Translations under genes and position numbers: made by a program
Part shown: positions 1 through 10,284 of the stretch, in pieces
Numbering within the stretch: the stretch's first letter is position 1
How the letters are laid out: each line of letters opens with the position of its first letter
Notes under the pieces: model-generated
What the model was told of the DNA's origin: nothing
What the model saw: the letters and a program-made list of their open reading frames with translations, nothing else
Database searches by the model: none
Source: an uncultured Microbacterium sp.
GTDB taxonomy: Bacteria > Actinomycetota > Actinomycetes > Actinomycetales > Microbacteriaceae
DNA: 64,000 nt
Reading direction: 5' to 3'
NCBI RefSeq assembly: GCF_947488465.1
Contig: NZ_CANKZA010000005.1
Span: 99,762 to 163,761 of the forward strand

Positions 1-835
1 ATCGGCGTACATGAACCTCGGCGCGAAAGTCACGCTGATTTCGAGCCGTGACCAGGTTCTTCCCGGTGAAGACCGGGATGCGGCTGCCGTCCTCGAGAAG
101 GTCTTCACGCGCGGCGGCATGACCGTGCTCTCGCGCTCACGTGCCGAGCGGGTGGAGCGGTCGGGGGAGGGCGTCATCGTCACACTGTCGGACGGTCGAA
201 CGGTCGAAGGCAGCCATTGCCTCATGGCCGTGGGGTCGATCCCCAACACTGCGGGGATCGGCCTGGAGGCCGCCGGCATCCAGCTCACCGACTCGGGTCA
301 CATTCAGGTCAACCGCGTCGCCCGGACGTCGGTGCCGAACATCTACGCCGCGGGGGACTGCACGACCTTCGTACCCCTGGCATCCGTCGCGTCGATGCAG
401 GGGCGCACGGCGGTCTTCCACGCGCTCGGCGACACCGTGATCCCGCTGGAGCGCCGCCGGATTACCGCCAACATCTTCACCGCTCCTGAGATCGCCACCG
501 TCGGACGTCAAGAGAAAGACCTCGAATCCGGTGCGATCAACGGGTACGTGCACAAGCTGCCGCTGGCGGCGAATCCGCGCGCGAAGATGATGGGCGTCAA
601 GGATGGATTCGTGAAGATCATCGCCCGGGAAGGATCGGGCACGGTGATCGGCGGCGTGATCGTCGCGCCGCGCGCTTCCGAGTTGATCTACCCGATCGCG
701 ATCGCCGTCGAGCGCCGACTCACGGTCGATCAGATCTCGCGCGTGTTCGCGGTCTACCCGTCGCTGACCGGCTCGATCACCGACGCGACGCGTGCGATGC
801 ACCAGGTCACGACCGACGAGGACACCGTCGCCTGA
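1..835 (+). CDS. pyridine nucleotide-disulfide oxidoreductase (Lpd/SthA-like NAD(P)H dehydrogenase), C-terminal part; 5' end outside window
   Basis: Frame of ORF 11..835 stays open to the window edge. It has the NIYAAGDCT FAD-binding motif and a C-terminal dimerisation-domain pattern (TAPEIATVG, YPSLTGSI). Confidence 0.8.
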   Translation, partial: SAYMNLGAKVTLISSRDQVLPGEDRDAAAVLEKVFTRGGMTVLSRSRAERVERSGEGVIVTLSDGRTVEGSHCLMAVGSIPNTAGIGLEAAGIQLTDSGHIQVNRVARTSVPNIYAAGDCTTFVPLASVASMQGRTAVFHALGDTVIPLERRRITANIFTAPEIATVGRQEKDLESGAINGYVHKLPLAANPRAKMMGVKDGFVKIIAREGSGTVIGGVIVAPRASELIYPIAIAVERRLTVDQISRVFAVYPSLTGSITDATRAMHQVTTDEDTVA

Positions 836-859
836 CGCCCCGCCGGAGCACCTCCGGGA

Positions 860-1300
860 TCAGGGCTGGAGGGTGGCGACCCAGTAGCCCTCGGCCTGCG
901 CCGACGTCGCCGCCGCGGCGAACGCCGTGAGGGCGCCGACCTGCGCGGGAACCGCGATCGGGGTGAGGGGCTCTCCGCCATGGCAGACGATGTCCTGCGA
1001 CAGTGTGAGGGTGGTGTCTGCTCCCGTGTAGGTGAGCGTGAAAGCGGCGCGGTCGCTGCCGATGCACCGCAGTTCGACGGAGGTGAACGTCGCCGGCTCG
1101 GCGAAGTCGATCCGGGTCGCACTCGCCGCGCTCGAGTCGGTCACCTGCCCGCCGACGCTGTTGCCGGACCCGGCGCTGCTGACCTCGGTGAACCAGCCCG
1201 ACCAGGCGGAGCGGTCGGCTTCGGTCGGTCCGCCGGTGCATCCGGCGAGTCCGAGGGCGAGGAGAGTCCCCGCGGCGACAGCGACCAGGCGGCGGTTCAC
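860..1300 (-). CDS. secreted lipoprotein, unknown function
   Basis: GTG at 1300 gives VNRRLVAVAAGTLLALGLAGC, a signal peptide with lipobox L-A-G-C. The longer ORF (to 1375) would overlap the accA 3' end. Confidence 0.6.
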   Translation of the reverse strand: MNRRLVAVAAGTLLALGLAGCTGGPTEADRSAWSGWFTEVSSAGSGNSVGGQVTDSSAASATRIDFAEPATFTSVELRCIGSDRAAFTLTYTGADTTLTLSQDIVCHGGEPLTPIAVPAQVGALTAFAAAATSAQAEGYWVATLQP

Positions 1301-1301
1301 G

Positions 1302-3098
1302 TCAGGAGATCGTGAGTAGCTGGTGACCGGCCGAGACGGTCGTGCCGGGCGCCGCATCGATCGCGCCGACGACACCGTCCTTGTGTGCCTGCAGCGGCTG
1401 CTCCATCTTCATCGCCTCGAGGACGACGACGAGGTCGCCCTTGACGACCTGCTGTCCCTCCTCGACCGCGAGCTTGACGATCGTCGCCTGCATGGGGGAC
1501 TTGACGGCATCGCCCGAGGCGCCGGCCGAAACGGCGACGGCGTGCGACCGACGCGACGGGGGCACCGCGGCGGGCCGGCCGACCTTGACGGGGGCGTGCA
1601 CGATGCGGTCGGGCAGGCTCACCTCGAGACGTTTGCCGGACACTTCGACGACGACCGTGTGGCGCGGCTCCGGATCATCCGGCGACTCGAGTTCGCCGTC
1701 CCACGGCGGAATGTCGTTCACGAACTCGGTTTCGATCCAGCGTGTGAAGACGCCGAAATCGCCGTTCTCCGCGGTGAAGGCGGGGTCGGTGACGACCTTG
1801 CGGTGGAAGGGGAGCACCGTCGGCATGCCGGCGACCTCGAACTCGTCCAGCGCCCGACGAGAGCGCTCGAGCGCTTCGGCGCGGTCGCGGCCGGTCACGA
1901 TGATCTTGCCCAGAAGCGAATCGAACGCGCCCGAGACGCTGTCGCCCGCGGTGACGCCCGAGTCGAGGCGGATGCCGGGGCCACCGAACGTCTTGAATTG
2001 GTGGATGCGGCCCGGCTGCGGCAGGAAGCCCCGCCCCGGGTCTTCGCCGTTGATGCGGAACTCGAAAGAGTGCCCGACCGGTGCGGGGTCGTCGTAGTCG
2101 AGCGTGCCGCCCTCGGCGAGGCGGAACTGCTCGCGCACCAGGTCGATTCCGGTGACCTCTTCCGACACCGGGTGCTCGACCTGCAGTCGGGTGTTGACCT
2201 CGAGGAAGGAGATCGTCCCGTCGGCGCCGATGAGGAACTCGCACGTGCCCGCGCCGACATAGCCGACCTCACGGAGGATCGCCTTGGACGATTCGTACAG
2301 CGTGCGGTTCTGCTGGTCGGTCAGAAACGGTGCCGGAGCCTCTTCGACGAGCTTCTGGTGGCGGCGCTGCAGCGAGCAGTCGCGGGTGGAGATCACCACG
2401 ACGTTGCCGGCGGCATCCGCCAAGCACTGGGTCTCGACGTGCCGGGGCTTGTCGAGGTACTTCTCGACGAAACACTCTCCGCGACCGAACGCGGCGATGG
2501 CTTCTCTGGTCGCAGACTCGAACTGCTCGGCGATCTCGTCGAACTCGCGGGCGACCTTGAGGCCTCGTCCGCCGCCGCCGTACGCCGCCTTGATCGCGAT
2601 CGGCAGCCCGTGCTCCTCGGCAAAAGCGATGACCTCGTCGGCACCGGAGACGGGGCCGGGAGTGCCGGGCGCGAGCGGCGCGCCGACCTTCTCGGCGACG
2701 TGACGCGCGGTGACCTTGTCGCCGAGCGCGTCGATCGCGTCGGGCGATGGGCCGATCCAGATGAGGCCCGCTCCGATCACCGCGCGCGCGAAATCGGCGT
2801 TCTCCGCGAGGAACCCGTAGCCCGGGTGGATGGCGTCCGCCCCCGAGCGCCGGGCGATCGAGAGGATCTTCTCGATCGAGAGGTAGGTGTCGGCGCTCGT
2901 GGAGCCGTCGAGCGCGTAGGCCTCGTCGGCGAGTCCGGTGTGCATCGCGTCGCGATCCTGATCCGCGTAGACCGCGACCGACCCCTTGCCGGAATCGCGC
3001 GCGGCGCGGATCACGCGCACGGCGATCTCGCCGCGGTTCGCGACGAGCACTTTGGTCATCGGAGTACGCACGCCGGACGCATCGGAGGGGAGAGGCAT
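1302..3098 (-). CDS. accA: acetyl/propionyl-CoA carboxylase alpha subunit (biotin carboxylase + biotin carboxyl carrier domain)
   Basis: [14 protein letters not shown]-terminus, ATP-grasp core, and a C-terminal biotinyl domain with EAMKME. An alternative start is ATG 3059. Confidence 0.95.
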   Translation of the reverse strand: MPLPSDASGVRTPMTKVLVANRGEIAVRVIRAARDSGKGSVAVYADQDRDAMHTGLADEAYALDGSTSADTYLSIEKILSIARRSGADAIHPGYGFLAENADFARAVIGAGLIWIGPSPDAIDALGDKVTARHVAEKVGAPLAPGTPGPVSGADEVIAFAEEHGLPIAIKAAYGGGGRGLKVAREFDEIAEQFESATREAIAAFGRGECFVEKYLDKPRHVETQCLADAAGNVVVISTRDCSLQRRHQKLVEEAPAPFLTDQQNRTLYESSKAILREVGYVGAGTCEFLIGADGTISFLEVNTRLQVEHPVSEEVTGIDLVREQFRLAEGGTLDYDDPAPVGHSFEFRINGEDPGRGFLPQPGRIHQFKTFGGPGIRLDSGVTAGDSVSGAFDSLLGKIIVTGRDRAEALERSRRALDEFEVAGMPTVLPFHRKVVTDPAFTAENGDFGVFTRWIETEFVNDIPPWDGELESPDDPEPRHTVVVEVSGKRLEVSLPDRIVHAPVKVGRPAAVPPSRRSHAVAVSAGASGDAVKSPMQATIVKLAVEEGQQVVKGDLVVVLEAMKMEQPLQAHKDGVVGAIDAAPGTTVSAGHQLLTIS

Positions 3099-3178
3099 GG
3101 GTGCCAGCCTACTCAGAGAGGGGTGGTCCCCTTTGGATCACTCGCACAAGATCGCCCCGAAATCGTGTAGGGGACCCT

Positions 3179-3832
3179 CTAGTGCGCGGGAACGTTCCAC
3201 ATATCGGTCCACACGAGGCCGAGGTCGCCGACCAAGCGCCGCACGGTCGACAGCGACATCCCGACGACCGTCGAGGGGTCGCCTTCGACACGGTCGATGA
3301 AGGCCCCGCCGAGGCTGTCGACGGTGAACGCTCCCGCGACCTGGAGGGGTTCGCCGGAGGCGACGTAGGCGTCGATCTCGGTGTCGGTGATGTCGGCGAT
3401 GAAGCTGACGGATGCCGCAGCGACCGCGTGCGCCTCGCGTGGCTCTGCACCCGGGCGCAGCCGGAAGACACTGTGGCCGGAGTGCAGGATGCCGGTGCGT
3501 CCGCGCATCGCGCGCCAGCGCGCAGCGGCGACCTCCGGAACGTGAGGCTTGCCGAGGATCTCCCCGTCGAGCTCGAACATCGAGTCTCCACCGATGACGA
3601 TCCCGTCGAAGGAGGGATCCTCCACGGCGATCGTGGCGGCGACGTCGGCGGCCTTCCGGCGGGCCAGCAGCAACACGTGCTCGTCCGGTGCGAGGGCGCG
3701 CCCCTCATGCGCCTCCACGGCGGCGATGACCGCTTCTTCATCCACCTGTGGCGCCCGGGTGAGCGGTTCGATGCCGGCGCTGCGCAACAACATCAGGCGG
3801 GCGGGGGAGGTGGAGGCCAGGCACACGCGCAT
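3179..3832 (-). CDS. maf: Maf-like nucleoside triphosphate pyrophosphatase
   Basis: 217 aa with LASTSPARLMLL near the N-terminus and AGAFTVDSLGG near the C-terminus. It sits next to accA, as in other actinobacteria. Confidence 0.9.
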   Translation of the reverse strand: MRVCLASTSPARLMLLRSAGIEPLTRAPQVDEEAVIAAVEAHEGRALAPDEHVLLLARRKAADVAATIAVEDPSFDGIVIGGDSMFELDGEILGKPHVPEVAAARWRAMRGRTGILHSGHSVFRLRPGAEPREAHAVAAASVSFIADITDTEIDAYVASGEPLQVAGAFTVDSLGGAFIDRVEGDPSTVVGMSLSTVRRLVGDLGLVWTDMWNVPAH

Positions 3833-3870
3833 GCGTTCCAGCGTAGGCGTGCGCGCACTAGCGTGGAGGG

Positions 3871-5175
3871 ATGCAGCCCGGAGACCTCCTCGACCTCGAC
3901 ATCACGGATGTCGCCCACGGTGGCGTCTTCGTCGCCCGCCACGAGAACCGTGTCGTGTTCGTGCCCGACGCGATTCCCGGGGAGCGGATGCGGGTGCGGC
4001 TGACCGATGTCGGCAAAGCATCCTTCTGGCGGGCCGAAGCGGTCGAGGTGCTCGACGCATCGCCGCACCGCCAGCCGCACGTCTGGGGGGCTGCCGACAT
4101 CGACACGCCCCCGGAGGAGCGTCCCGGTGGCGCCGATCTCGGCCATATCGAGCTCGGCCACCAGCGCGCGCTCAAGCAGCGCGTGCTCGAAGACGCGCTC
4201 CGGAGATTCGGAGGGATCGACGAGCCCCACGTCACGATGCGTGGACTCGACGGAGAGACCCCGGATGGTACGCAGTGGCGCACCCGGGTGAGCCTGCACG
4301 TGGATGAGTCCGGCCATATCGGCCCGTTCGCGGCGCGCAGCCATCGGGTGATCCCGGTAACCGATCTGCCGCTGGCGACCCGCGAGATCGAGGACGTCGC
4401 ACGGGGTCTCGAGGGCTTCGAGCCCGGGCGCATCGACCTGGTCCAGCCCGCAGACGGCAGCGTGCGAGTGATCCTCCGGCCCGAGATCCCGCGCGCTCCC
4501 CGCCCCGCTCGGAGCAGAGGTGCACGCTCGGCACCCCGCCCGCCGCGCCCTCGGGTCGACCCGACCGCGCACGAGATCGTGACCGAGATCGTCGGTGGCC
4601 GCGCGTTCCGGGTGGATGCCGGTGGTTTCTGGCAGGTGCACCGCCTTGCGGCGGAGGCGCTGACCTCGGTCGTCCGCGCCGCGTTCTCGGGCGATGACCG
4701 AATCGACCCCGAAGCGCAGCACCTCGATCTCTACGGCGGTGTCGGCCTGTTCGCCGCGACGTTGGCGGAACTGGCCGGCGCGAGCGCGCAGGTCACCTCG
4801 GTCGAATCCGACGCGCGGGCCACCGAGCACGCGGGAGACAATCTCGCCGAGTGGGTCGGCGCTCGCGCCGAGACCGGCCGGGTCGACCGCTGGTTGGCGG
4901 CGCAGGCCGCCAGCGCCAGTCCGCGGGAGCGTGGTCGGCTGCGCCGCGGCGTCGTGCTGCTGGATCCGCCGCGGGCGGGGGCAGGGCGCGAGGTCGTCGA
5001 GCACATCGCGGGCATCGCGCCGGCATCCGTCGTCTACGTCGCGTGCGACCCGGTCGCGCTCGCTCGCGACATCGCGACATTCGCCTCGTTCGGCTATCGG
5101 CCCGAGCGGATCGACGCGCTCGACCTCTTCCCGAACTCGCACCACATCGAGACCGTCGCCGTCCTCTCTCGGTGA
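3871..5175 (+). CDS. TRAM-domain class I SAM-dependent RNA (uracil-5) methyltransferase (RumA/TrmA family)
   Basis: TRAM-like N-terminus (GGVFVARHENRVVFVPDAIPGERMRV). SAM methyltransferase motifs LDLYGGVGLFA, LLDPPRAGAG and YVACDP. Confidence 0.85.
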   Translation: MQPGDLLDLDITDVAHGGVFVARHENRVVFVPDAIPGERMRVRLTDVGKASFWRAEAVEVLDASPHRQPHVWGAADIDTPPEERPGGADLGHIELGHQRALKQRVLEDALRRFGGIDEPHVTMRGLDGETPDGTQWRTRVSLHVDESGHIGPFAARSHRVIPVTDLPLATREIEDVARGLEGFEPGRIDLVQPADGSVRVILRPEIPRAPRPARSRGARSAPRPPRPRVDPTAHEIVTEIVGGRAFRVDAGGFWQVHRLAAEALTSVVRAAFSGDDRIDPEAQHLDLYGGVGLFAATLAELAGASAQVTSVESDARATEHAGDNLAEWVGARAETGRVDRWLAAQAASASPRERGRLRRGVVLLDPPRAGAGREVVEHIAGIAPASVVYVACDPVALARDIATFASFGYRPERIDALDLFPNSHHIETVAVLSR

Positions 5176-5207
5176 TCTCCCGGGGTGGGCCTGGATAGGC
5201 TGGCCTG

Positions 5208-5873
5208 ATGACACGGGTGGCGCTGATCGACGATCACGAGTCGGTGCGCCTGGGGCTGGAAGCCGCGTGTGCGCGCTCCGGCATCCACCAGGTGGTCTAC
5301 TCGGGCAGTACCGTGCGGGCATACCTCGATTGGCGCACGTTCTCACGGGAAGTGCCGGCGGACGTCGTCGTCCTCGACCTCACTTTGGGCGACGGCACGA
5401 CCGTGACGGAGAACGTCGGGCGGATCGTTCGCGACGGATCCCAGGTCATCATCCACAGCGTCGCCGACCGGCCTGCCGCCGTCCGGGAAGCATTGACGGC
5501 GGGCGCAGCCGGCGTCGTGAGCAAGGCCTCGCGCATCGACGATGTGATCTCGGCGATCGCCACGGTCGCCGCCGGAGAGCCCCTCGACAACGTCGAATGG
5601 GCCAGCGCCGTGGAGGGCGATCGCGCGTTCGCCGACGCGCAACTCTCGGCACGTGAGCGGGACGTCCTCCGTCTCTACGCCGCCGGGCTCCCGCTGAAGC
5701 TCGTCGCCGACCGCCTCGGTGTTGCGTACTCGACAGCGAAAGAGAACATCACGCGCGTGCGGGTCAAGTACGTCGAGGTGGGGCGTCCCGCACCGACGAA
5801 GGTGGACCTCCTCCGGCGTGCGATGGAGGACGGCCTGGTCGCCGGAGAAGCGAGCGGCGCGAGTGGCCGCTGA
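5208..5873 (+). CDS. LuxR/NarL-family response regulator
   Basis: Receiver domain (VALIDDHESVRLGL, VVVLDLTLGDG) plus a C-terminal LuxR helix-turn-helix (LSARERDVLRLYAAGLPLKLVADRLGVAYSTAKENI). Confidence 0.9.
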   Translation: MTRVALIDDHESVRLGLEAACARSGIHQVVYSGSTVRAYLDWRTFSREVPADVVVLDLTLGDGTTVTENVGRIVRDGSQVIIHSVADRPAAVREALTAGAAGVVSKASRIDDVISAIATVAAGEPLDNVEWASAVEGDRAFADAQLSARERDVLRLYAAGLPLKLVADRLGVAYSTAKENITRVRVKYVEVGRPAPTKVDLLRRAMEDGLVAGEASGASGR

Positions 5874-7101
5874 CGCCCCCGCCATCGCGGTCGATCCCGC
5901 GGTGCGCCGTCCGCTCGGCGACATCTCGTCGGGTGCGGAGCGTTTCACCGAGCGCCGAGTCGAGCGCATCCTCGCCCTCGTCGTCGCGATCGGTTCGACC
6001 GTCCTGGGCGGGCAGTCATTCCTCAACGCACTCGGGTCGGTGCAGGAAGACCCTCGGTGGCACGGCCCCCTCCTCGTGGTCGTGTTCGTGCCGCTGACGG
6101 CGATGATCCTCGCGCTCTTCGGGGGATTCTTGACCCGGACCACCTCCACGGTCTTCGCCGTGGTGTTCCCCCTGGTCCTTCTCGTCTGGCCGCTCGCGAC
6201 GGCCGGGCGAGAAACGGAAGCGTTCGGTCAGCCCTGGATCTGGTATCTCATCAACGTCGCTACGGTCGCCGCCGCGATGACGTTCCGCCTCTCGGCGCAG
6301 GTGGCGTGGGCGATCGGCATCCCCCTGATGTACGGCCTTGTGCGCGCCGTGCAACTCGGATTCGCGGTCGAGCACCTCACCCGCGTGGCCCTGGACGTCG
6401 TCTTCGCGATCATCCTGGCCAGCGTGCTCATGGCGATCGGATGGATGCTGCGCTCGGTCTCCGTGGGCATCGACGGTGCGCGGCGCGATGCCATCGCCTC
6501 GTACGCCGCGGCCGCCGCCGCCGATGCCACCGAGCAGGAGCGGGTCGCCGTGGCCGCGCTCATGCACGACAGCGTGCTCGCGGCGCTGATCGCCGCGGAG
6601 CGCGCGCGGAGCGAGCGAGAGCGGACGTTGGCCGTCTCGATGTCGCGCGATGCGCTCACCCGATTGGCCAACGCCGACCAAGACCCCGCGGAAGGGTCGG
6701 ATGAGCCCGTGAGCCCCGACGTGATCGTTCGGGGCATCGAGTCGGCTGCGTCAGACCTGGGAGTCGAGATCGTCATCGACTCCGCCGTGGATGCGGCCTC
6801 CCCCGCCGTGCCGGGCCGCGTCGCGCGCGCCCTCGTGCTGGCAGCCATGCAGGCGCTCGCGAACTCCGTGCAGCACGCCACGGCGACCGGCCTGCGCGGA
6901 GACGTGATCGCCGACCGGGCCGGCGTCCGCATCCGGATCTCCGACTCCGGGGGCGGGTTCGATCCGTCCTCGGTGCCCGATGACCGTCTCGGCATCCGTG
7001 GATCGATCGTCGCGCGCACCGCCGCGGTCGGCGGGCGGGCGCGGGTGCACAGTGATGGGACGGGAACGATTGTCACCCTCGCGTGGGAGCACGCGCGATG
7101 A
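5863..7101 (+). CDS. membrane sensor histidine kinase
   Basis: GTG 5863 overlaps the regulator stop. Several TM helices, an H-box-like ALMHDSVLAAL, and ATPase motifs (NSVQHA, DSGGGF, GIRGS). The ORF-track start at 5719 would overlap the regulator by 150 nt. Confidence 0.8.
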   Translation: MAADAPAIAVDPAVRRPLGDISSGAERFTERRVERILALVVAIGSTVLGGQSFLNALGSVQEDPRWHGPLLVVVFVPLTAMILALFGGFLTRTTSTVFAVVFPLVLLVWPLATAGRETEAFGQPWIWYLINVATVAAAMTFRLSAQVAWAIGIPLMYGLVRAVQLGFAVEHLTRVALDVVFAIILASVLMAIGWMLRSVSVGIDGARRDAIASYAAAAAADATEQERVAVAALMHDSVLAALIAAERARSERERTLAVSMSRDALTRLANADQDPAEGSDEPVSPDVIVRGIESAASDLGVEIVIDSAVDAASPAVPGRVARALVLAAMQALANSVQHATATGLRGDVIADRAGVRIRISDSGGGFDPSSVPDDRLGIRGSIVARTAAVGGRARVHSDGTGTIVTLAWEHAR

Positions 7102-8147
7102 CGGTCGCGATCCGCTCCGTGCTGACGGCTCTCGCGGTCGCATTCACCACGTATCTGGCGGTCGGGGCGCTCTTGTGGACCACGCCGCCGAGGCATCCCT
7201 GGCTCCTCGTCGCGGCGGTCGTCCTCTACCTGCTGACCACGTGGTTGTGCACGTTCTGGAATGTTCGACGTCCCGCGGGGGAGGTGGCACACGCGGTCAT
7301 CGGTGGGCTGGGGCGCCGCTCGGTGCTTCCCGTGTGGGCCGCGGCGCTGAGCGTCTTGGTCGCTGCCGTCATTCCGTCGGCCACCTGGTTGGCAGCGGGG
7401 GAGAGCGCGCGCCTGGAGGGTTTCGCGACCTGGAGCCTCGGGGCCATCGGCGCGTTGATGTCGATCGTCATGGTGCGCCGTCGGCCGTGGGCGGCGTGGA
7501 CGGGGATCGTGCTTCTGGCCGTCTCCGCGACGGCCTGGATCGGACTTGTGGATGCTTTGGCCTTCGGGCTCGTCGGAGCCGTGCTGTGGGTGGGGGTTGC
7601 CCAGTTGCTGACCTGGTTGGTCGAGCGCGCCGCGCGGGATACCGCCGAACTGACCGAGTTGGAGCGTGCGGCCTCGGAGTGGCTCGCCTCGCAAGAGGGC
7701 ACGCGGCGCGAGCGTCGGACGCACATTCAGCGGGCGCTCTCGGTTGCCGGACCCGTGCTCGTCCGCACGATCGAGTCGGACGGCGGGCTCAGCGAGGACG
7801 AACGCGTCCAGGCGCGGATCGCCGAGGGGACTCTCCGCGACGATCTCCGGGGCCCTGCCCTCCTCGATGATGTCGTGCGCGAGCGGCTGGCTGACGCGCG
7901 GCGTCGCGGCGCCGCCGTGACCGTGCTCGATGAGGGTGGCCTCGATGGCGTGAGCGAAGCCGATCTCCTCCGCATCCGGCGGGAGCTCGCCGTCATCCTC
8001 GGCGGCGCGACCTCGGAGCGGGTGTACATCCGCGCGTCGACCCACGAAGATGTGGCGGTCACCGTCGTCGGCCGCTCTGCCGGCGACGACGGCGACGAGA
8101 GTGTGGATCTCTGGCACGAGATCCCGCGCCGGGGCGCCAGCGTCTGA
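7098..8147 (+). CDS. polytopic membrane protein with a soluble C-terminal tail, co-transcribed with the two-component system
   Basis: ATGA start/stop overlap with the kinase at 7098-7101. About 6 hydrophobic helices, then a charged coiled segment and a roughly 150-aa tail. No family recognised. Confidence 0.6.
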   Translation: MTVAIRSVLTALAVAFTTYLAVGALLWTTPPRHPWLLVAAVVLYLLTTWLCTFWNVRRPAGEVAHAVIGGLGRRSVLPVWAAALSVLVAAVIPSATWLAAGESARLEGFATWSLGAIGALMSIVMVRRRPWAAWTGIVLLAVSATAWIGLVDALAFGLVGAVLWVGVAQLLTWLVERAARDTAELTELERAASEWLASQEGTRRERRTHIQRALSVAGPVLVRTIESDGGLSEDERVQARIAEGTLRDDLRGPALLDDVVRERLADARRRGAAVTVLDEGGLDGVSEADLLRIRRELAVILGGATSERVYIRASTHEDVAVTVVGRSAGDDGDESVDLWHEIPRRGASV

Positions 8148-8165
8148 GCGCCGAAGAAATGAGGA

Positions 8166-8200
8166 AGGCGAGGGGCGGCGGAACCGCACACCCCTCGCCT
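8166..8200. terminator. GC-rich hairpin downstream of the 7098..8147 gene
   Basis: AGGCGAGGGG (8166-8175) pairs perfectly with CCCCTCGCCT (8191-8200) across a 15-nt loop. There is no U-tract, so this would be an I-shaped terminator at best. Confidence 0.35.
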
Positions 8201-8348
8201 GAGCGAGTGGTTACCCGAAAACCGACTCGCAAAGGTCGATCTGCTCGAAGAGCATCTCGACCGAACGCAGAAGCGTTCCAGCAGTTCTAGTTTCGCGACC
8301 CATGGTCGCGTTGTCTGTAGGTACTTTGGGGGACATGGGTGTGGTCCG

Positions 8349-8603
8349 CTACCCGCCGAACCGGCCCCAGGCGATATCGCGACGCAGCGTCGGCCGCAGG
8401 GCGCGCGCCGAGATCTGCCACGCCGAGGTGAGCGGAGCGTCCTCTGTCACGGCCGCGGCGGCTTCGCCCTCATAGGCCTCCGTGACGACGGCCATGACCG
8501 CCGCGAGCTCTTCCGGAGTCGGCTCGCCGCTGAGCACGCGGAGGCGCACCGGCTCGGCGCCCGGCTCGCGGGGGGTCGAGCGCGCATCGCCCTGGCCGCT
8601 CAT
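8349..8603 (-). CDS. accE: acyl-CoA carboxylase epsilon subunit
   Basis: 84-aa product (MSGQGDARS...[21 protein letters not shown]...WGRFGG). ATGA overlap with the beta-subunit stop at 8600-8603. Confidence 0.7.
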   Translation of the reverse strand: MSGQGDARSTPREPGAEPVRLRVLSGEPTPEELAAVMAVVTEAYEGEAAAAVTEDAPLTSAWQISARALRPTLRRDIAWGRFGG

Positions 8604-10171
8604 AGCGGAATGTTCCCGTGCTTCTTCGCGGGCAGGCTGGCGCGCTTGCCGCGGAGCGCGCGCAGGGCCTTGGCGACGTACACCCGGGTCTGAGCGGGTT
8701 CGATGATGCCGTCGAGCTCGCCACGTTCGGCTGCCAGGAACGGAGAGGCGACGTCGTAGGTGTACTCGTTGGCGAGGCGGGTGCGGACGGCGGCGACGTC
8801 CTCCCCGGCGTCCTCCGCCTTCTTGATCTCGCCGCGGTAGAGGATGTTGACGGCGCCCTGGCCACCCATGACCGCGATCTCGGCGGTCGGCCATGCGAGG
8901 TTGACGTCGGCGCCGAGCTGCTTGGAACCCATGACGATGTACGCGCCGCCGTAGGCCTTGCGGAGGATCACGGTCACGAGCGGCACCGTTGCTTCGGCGT
9001 AGGCATACAGGAGCTTCGCGCCGCGCCGGATGACACCCTCCCATTCCTGGTCGGTGCCGGGGAGATATCCGGGCACGTCGACGAGGGTCAAGATCGGGAT
9101 GGAGAACGCGTCGCAGAACCGCACGAACCTGCTGGCTTTCTCGCCCGCCTGGATGTTGAGCGTTCCGGCCATCTGCGACGGCTGGTTGGCGATGATGCCG
9201 ACCGTGCGCCCCTCGATCCGGCCGAAGCCGATCACGATGTTCGGCGCGAACAGCGGCTGCACCTCCAGGAAGTCCCCGCCGTCAGTGATGTGCGCGATGA
9301 CCTGGTGGATGTCGTACGGCTGGTTCGGGGAGTCGGGGATCACCGTGTTGAGGACGCGATCGGCATCCGTCGTCTCCCACTCGAAACCGTTCTCGTAGAC
9401 CGGGATCTCCGACATGTTGTTATCGGGCAAGAATCCGACCATGGTGCGGACGTAGTCGATCGCGTCGTCTTCGTCTTCGGCGAGGTAGTGCGCGACGCCC
9501 GAACGGGTGTTGTGCGTGTGCGCGCCACCGAGTTCTTCCATGCCGACGTCTTCGCCCGTGACGGTCTTGATGACGTCGGGGCCGGTGACGAACATCTGGC
9601 TCGTCTTGTCGACCATGACCACGAAGTCCGTGAGCGCGGGAGAGTAGACCGCACCGCCCGCCGCGGGGCCCATGATGAGCGAAATCTGTGGGATGACGCC
9701 GGACGCTGCGGTGTTCAGGCGGAAGATCTCGCCGTATTTGCCGAGGGCGACCACGCCTTCCTGAATGCGCGCGCCGCCGGAGTCGAGGATGCCGATGATC
9801 GGCATGCCGCCGCGGAGAGCGAACTCCATGACCTTGATGATCTTGTCGCCGGCGACCTCGCCGAGTGAGCCGCCGAAGGTCGTGAAGTCCTGGGAGTAGA
9901 CCGCGACGGTGCGGCCGTGGATCGTCCCGACGCCCGTGACGACGGAATCGCCGTAGGGGCGCGCGCGATCCATCCCGAACGCGCTCGTGCGGTGGCGGAC
10001 ATACTCGTCGAGTTCGACGAAGGAACCCGGGTCGACGAGCAGCTCGATGCGCTCGCGCGCCGTCATCTTGCCCTTGGCGTGCTGCTTGTCGCGCGCGACG
10101 GTCTCGGCGTCGACGACCGCCTCCTGATAGCGCGCGCGGAGGTCGGCGATCTTGCCGGCGGTCGTGGACAT
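8600..10171 (-). CDS. pccB: acyl-CoA carboxylase carboxyltransferase beta subunit (PccB/AccD5-like)
   Basis: Start taken at [15 protein letters not shown] (ATG 10171). Carboxyltransferase motifs GGARIQEGV and [10 protein letters not shown]. The ORF track extends to 10264. Confidence 0.95.
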   Translation of the reverse strand: MSTTAGKIADLRARYQEAVVDAETVARDKQHAKGKMTARERIELLVDPGSFVELDEYVRHRTSAFGMDRARPYGDSVVTGVGTIHGRTVAVYSQDFTTFGGSLGEVAGDKIIKVMEFALRGGMPIIGILDSGGARIQEGVVALGKYGEIFRLNTAASGVIPQISLIMGPAAGGAVYSPALTDFVVMVDKTSQMFVTGPDVIKTVTGEDVGMEELGGAHTHNTRSGVAHYLAEDEDDAIDYVRTMVGFLPDNNMSEIPVYENGFEWETTDADRVLNTVIPDSPNQPYDIHQVIAHITDGGDFLEVQPLFAPNIVIGFGRIEGRTVGIIANQPSQMAGTLNIQAGEKASRFVRFCDAFSIPILTLVDVPGYLPGTDQEWEGVIRRGAKLLYAYAEATVPLVTVILRKAYGGAYIVMGSKQLGADVNLAWPTAEIAVMGGQGAVNILYRGEIKKAEDAGEDVAAVRTRLANEYTYDVASPFLAAERGELDGIIEPAQTRVYVAKALRALRGKRASLPAKKHGNIPL

Positions 10172-10284
10172 GTCGAAGCTGTCGGTCACGCGTTCCACCC
10201 TAGCGACCGGGTCGCCTCGGACATGAGGGGACATCGACAACGCGATCCCGATTCCGCTGTGCACTCTCGCGGGGGCGGCGTAGG

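Noticed and set aside
1323-3170. 615-aa plus-strand ORF antisense to accA. Similar long antisense or offset ORFs occur at 3793..5346, 6228..8189, 13452..16046, 28554..29696, 34578..36572, 49002..51065 and 56394..59150.
   Set aside because: Their translations are Arg/Gly/Pro/Asp-rich low-complexity sequence with no recognisable motifs. Each lies opposite or offset to a gene with clear family signatures. Stop-free alternative frames are expected at about 70% GC.
8211-8336. The 41-aa peptide could be a RiPP or mycofactocin-like precursor.
   Set aside because: No radical-SAM enzyme, cyclase, protease or transporter is adjacent. There is no ribosome-binding site, and the sequence overlaps probable terminator hairpins. 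It is kept only as a low-interest note.
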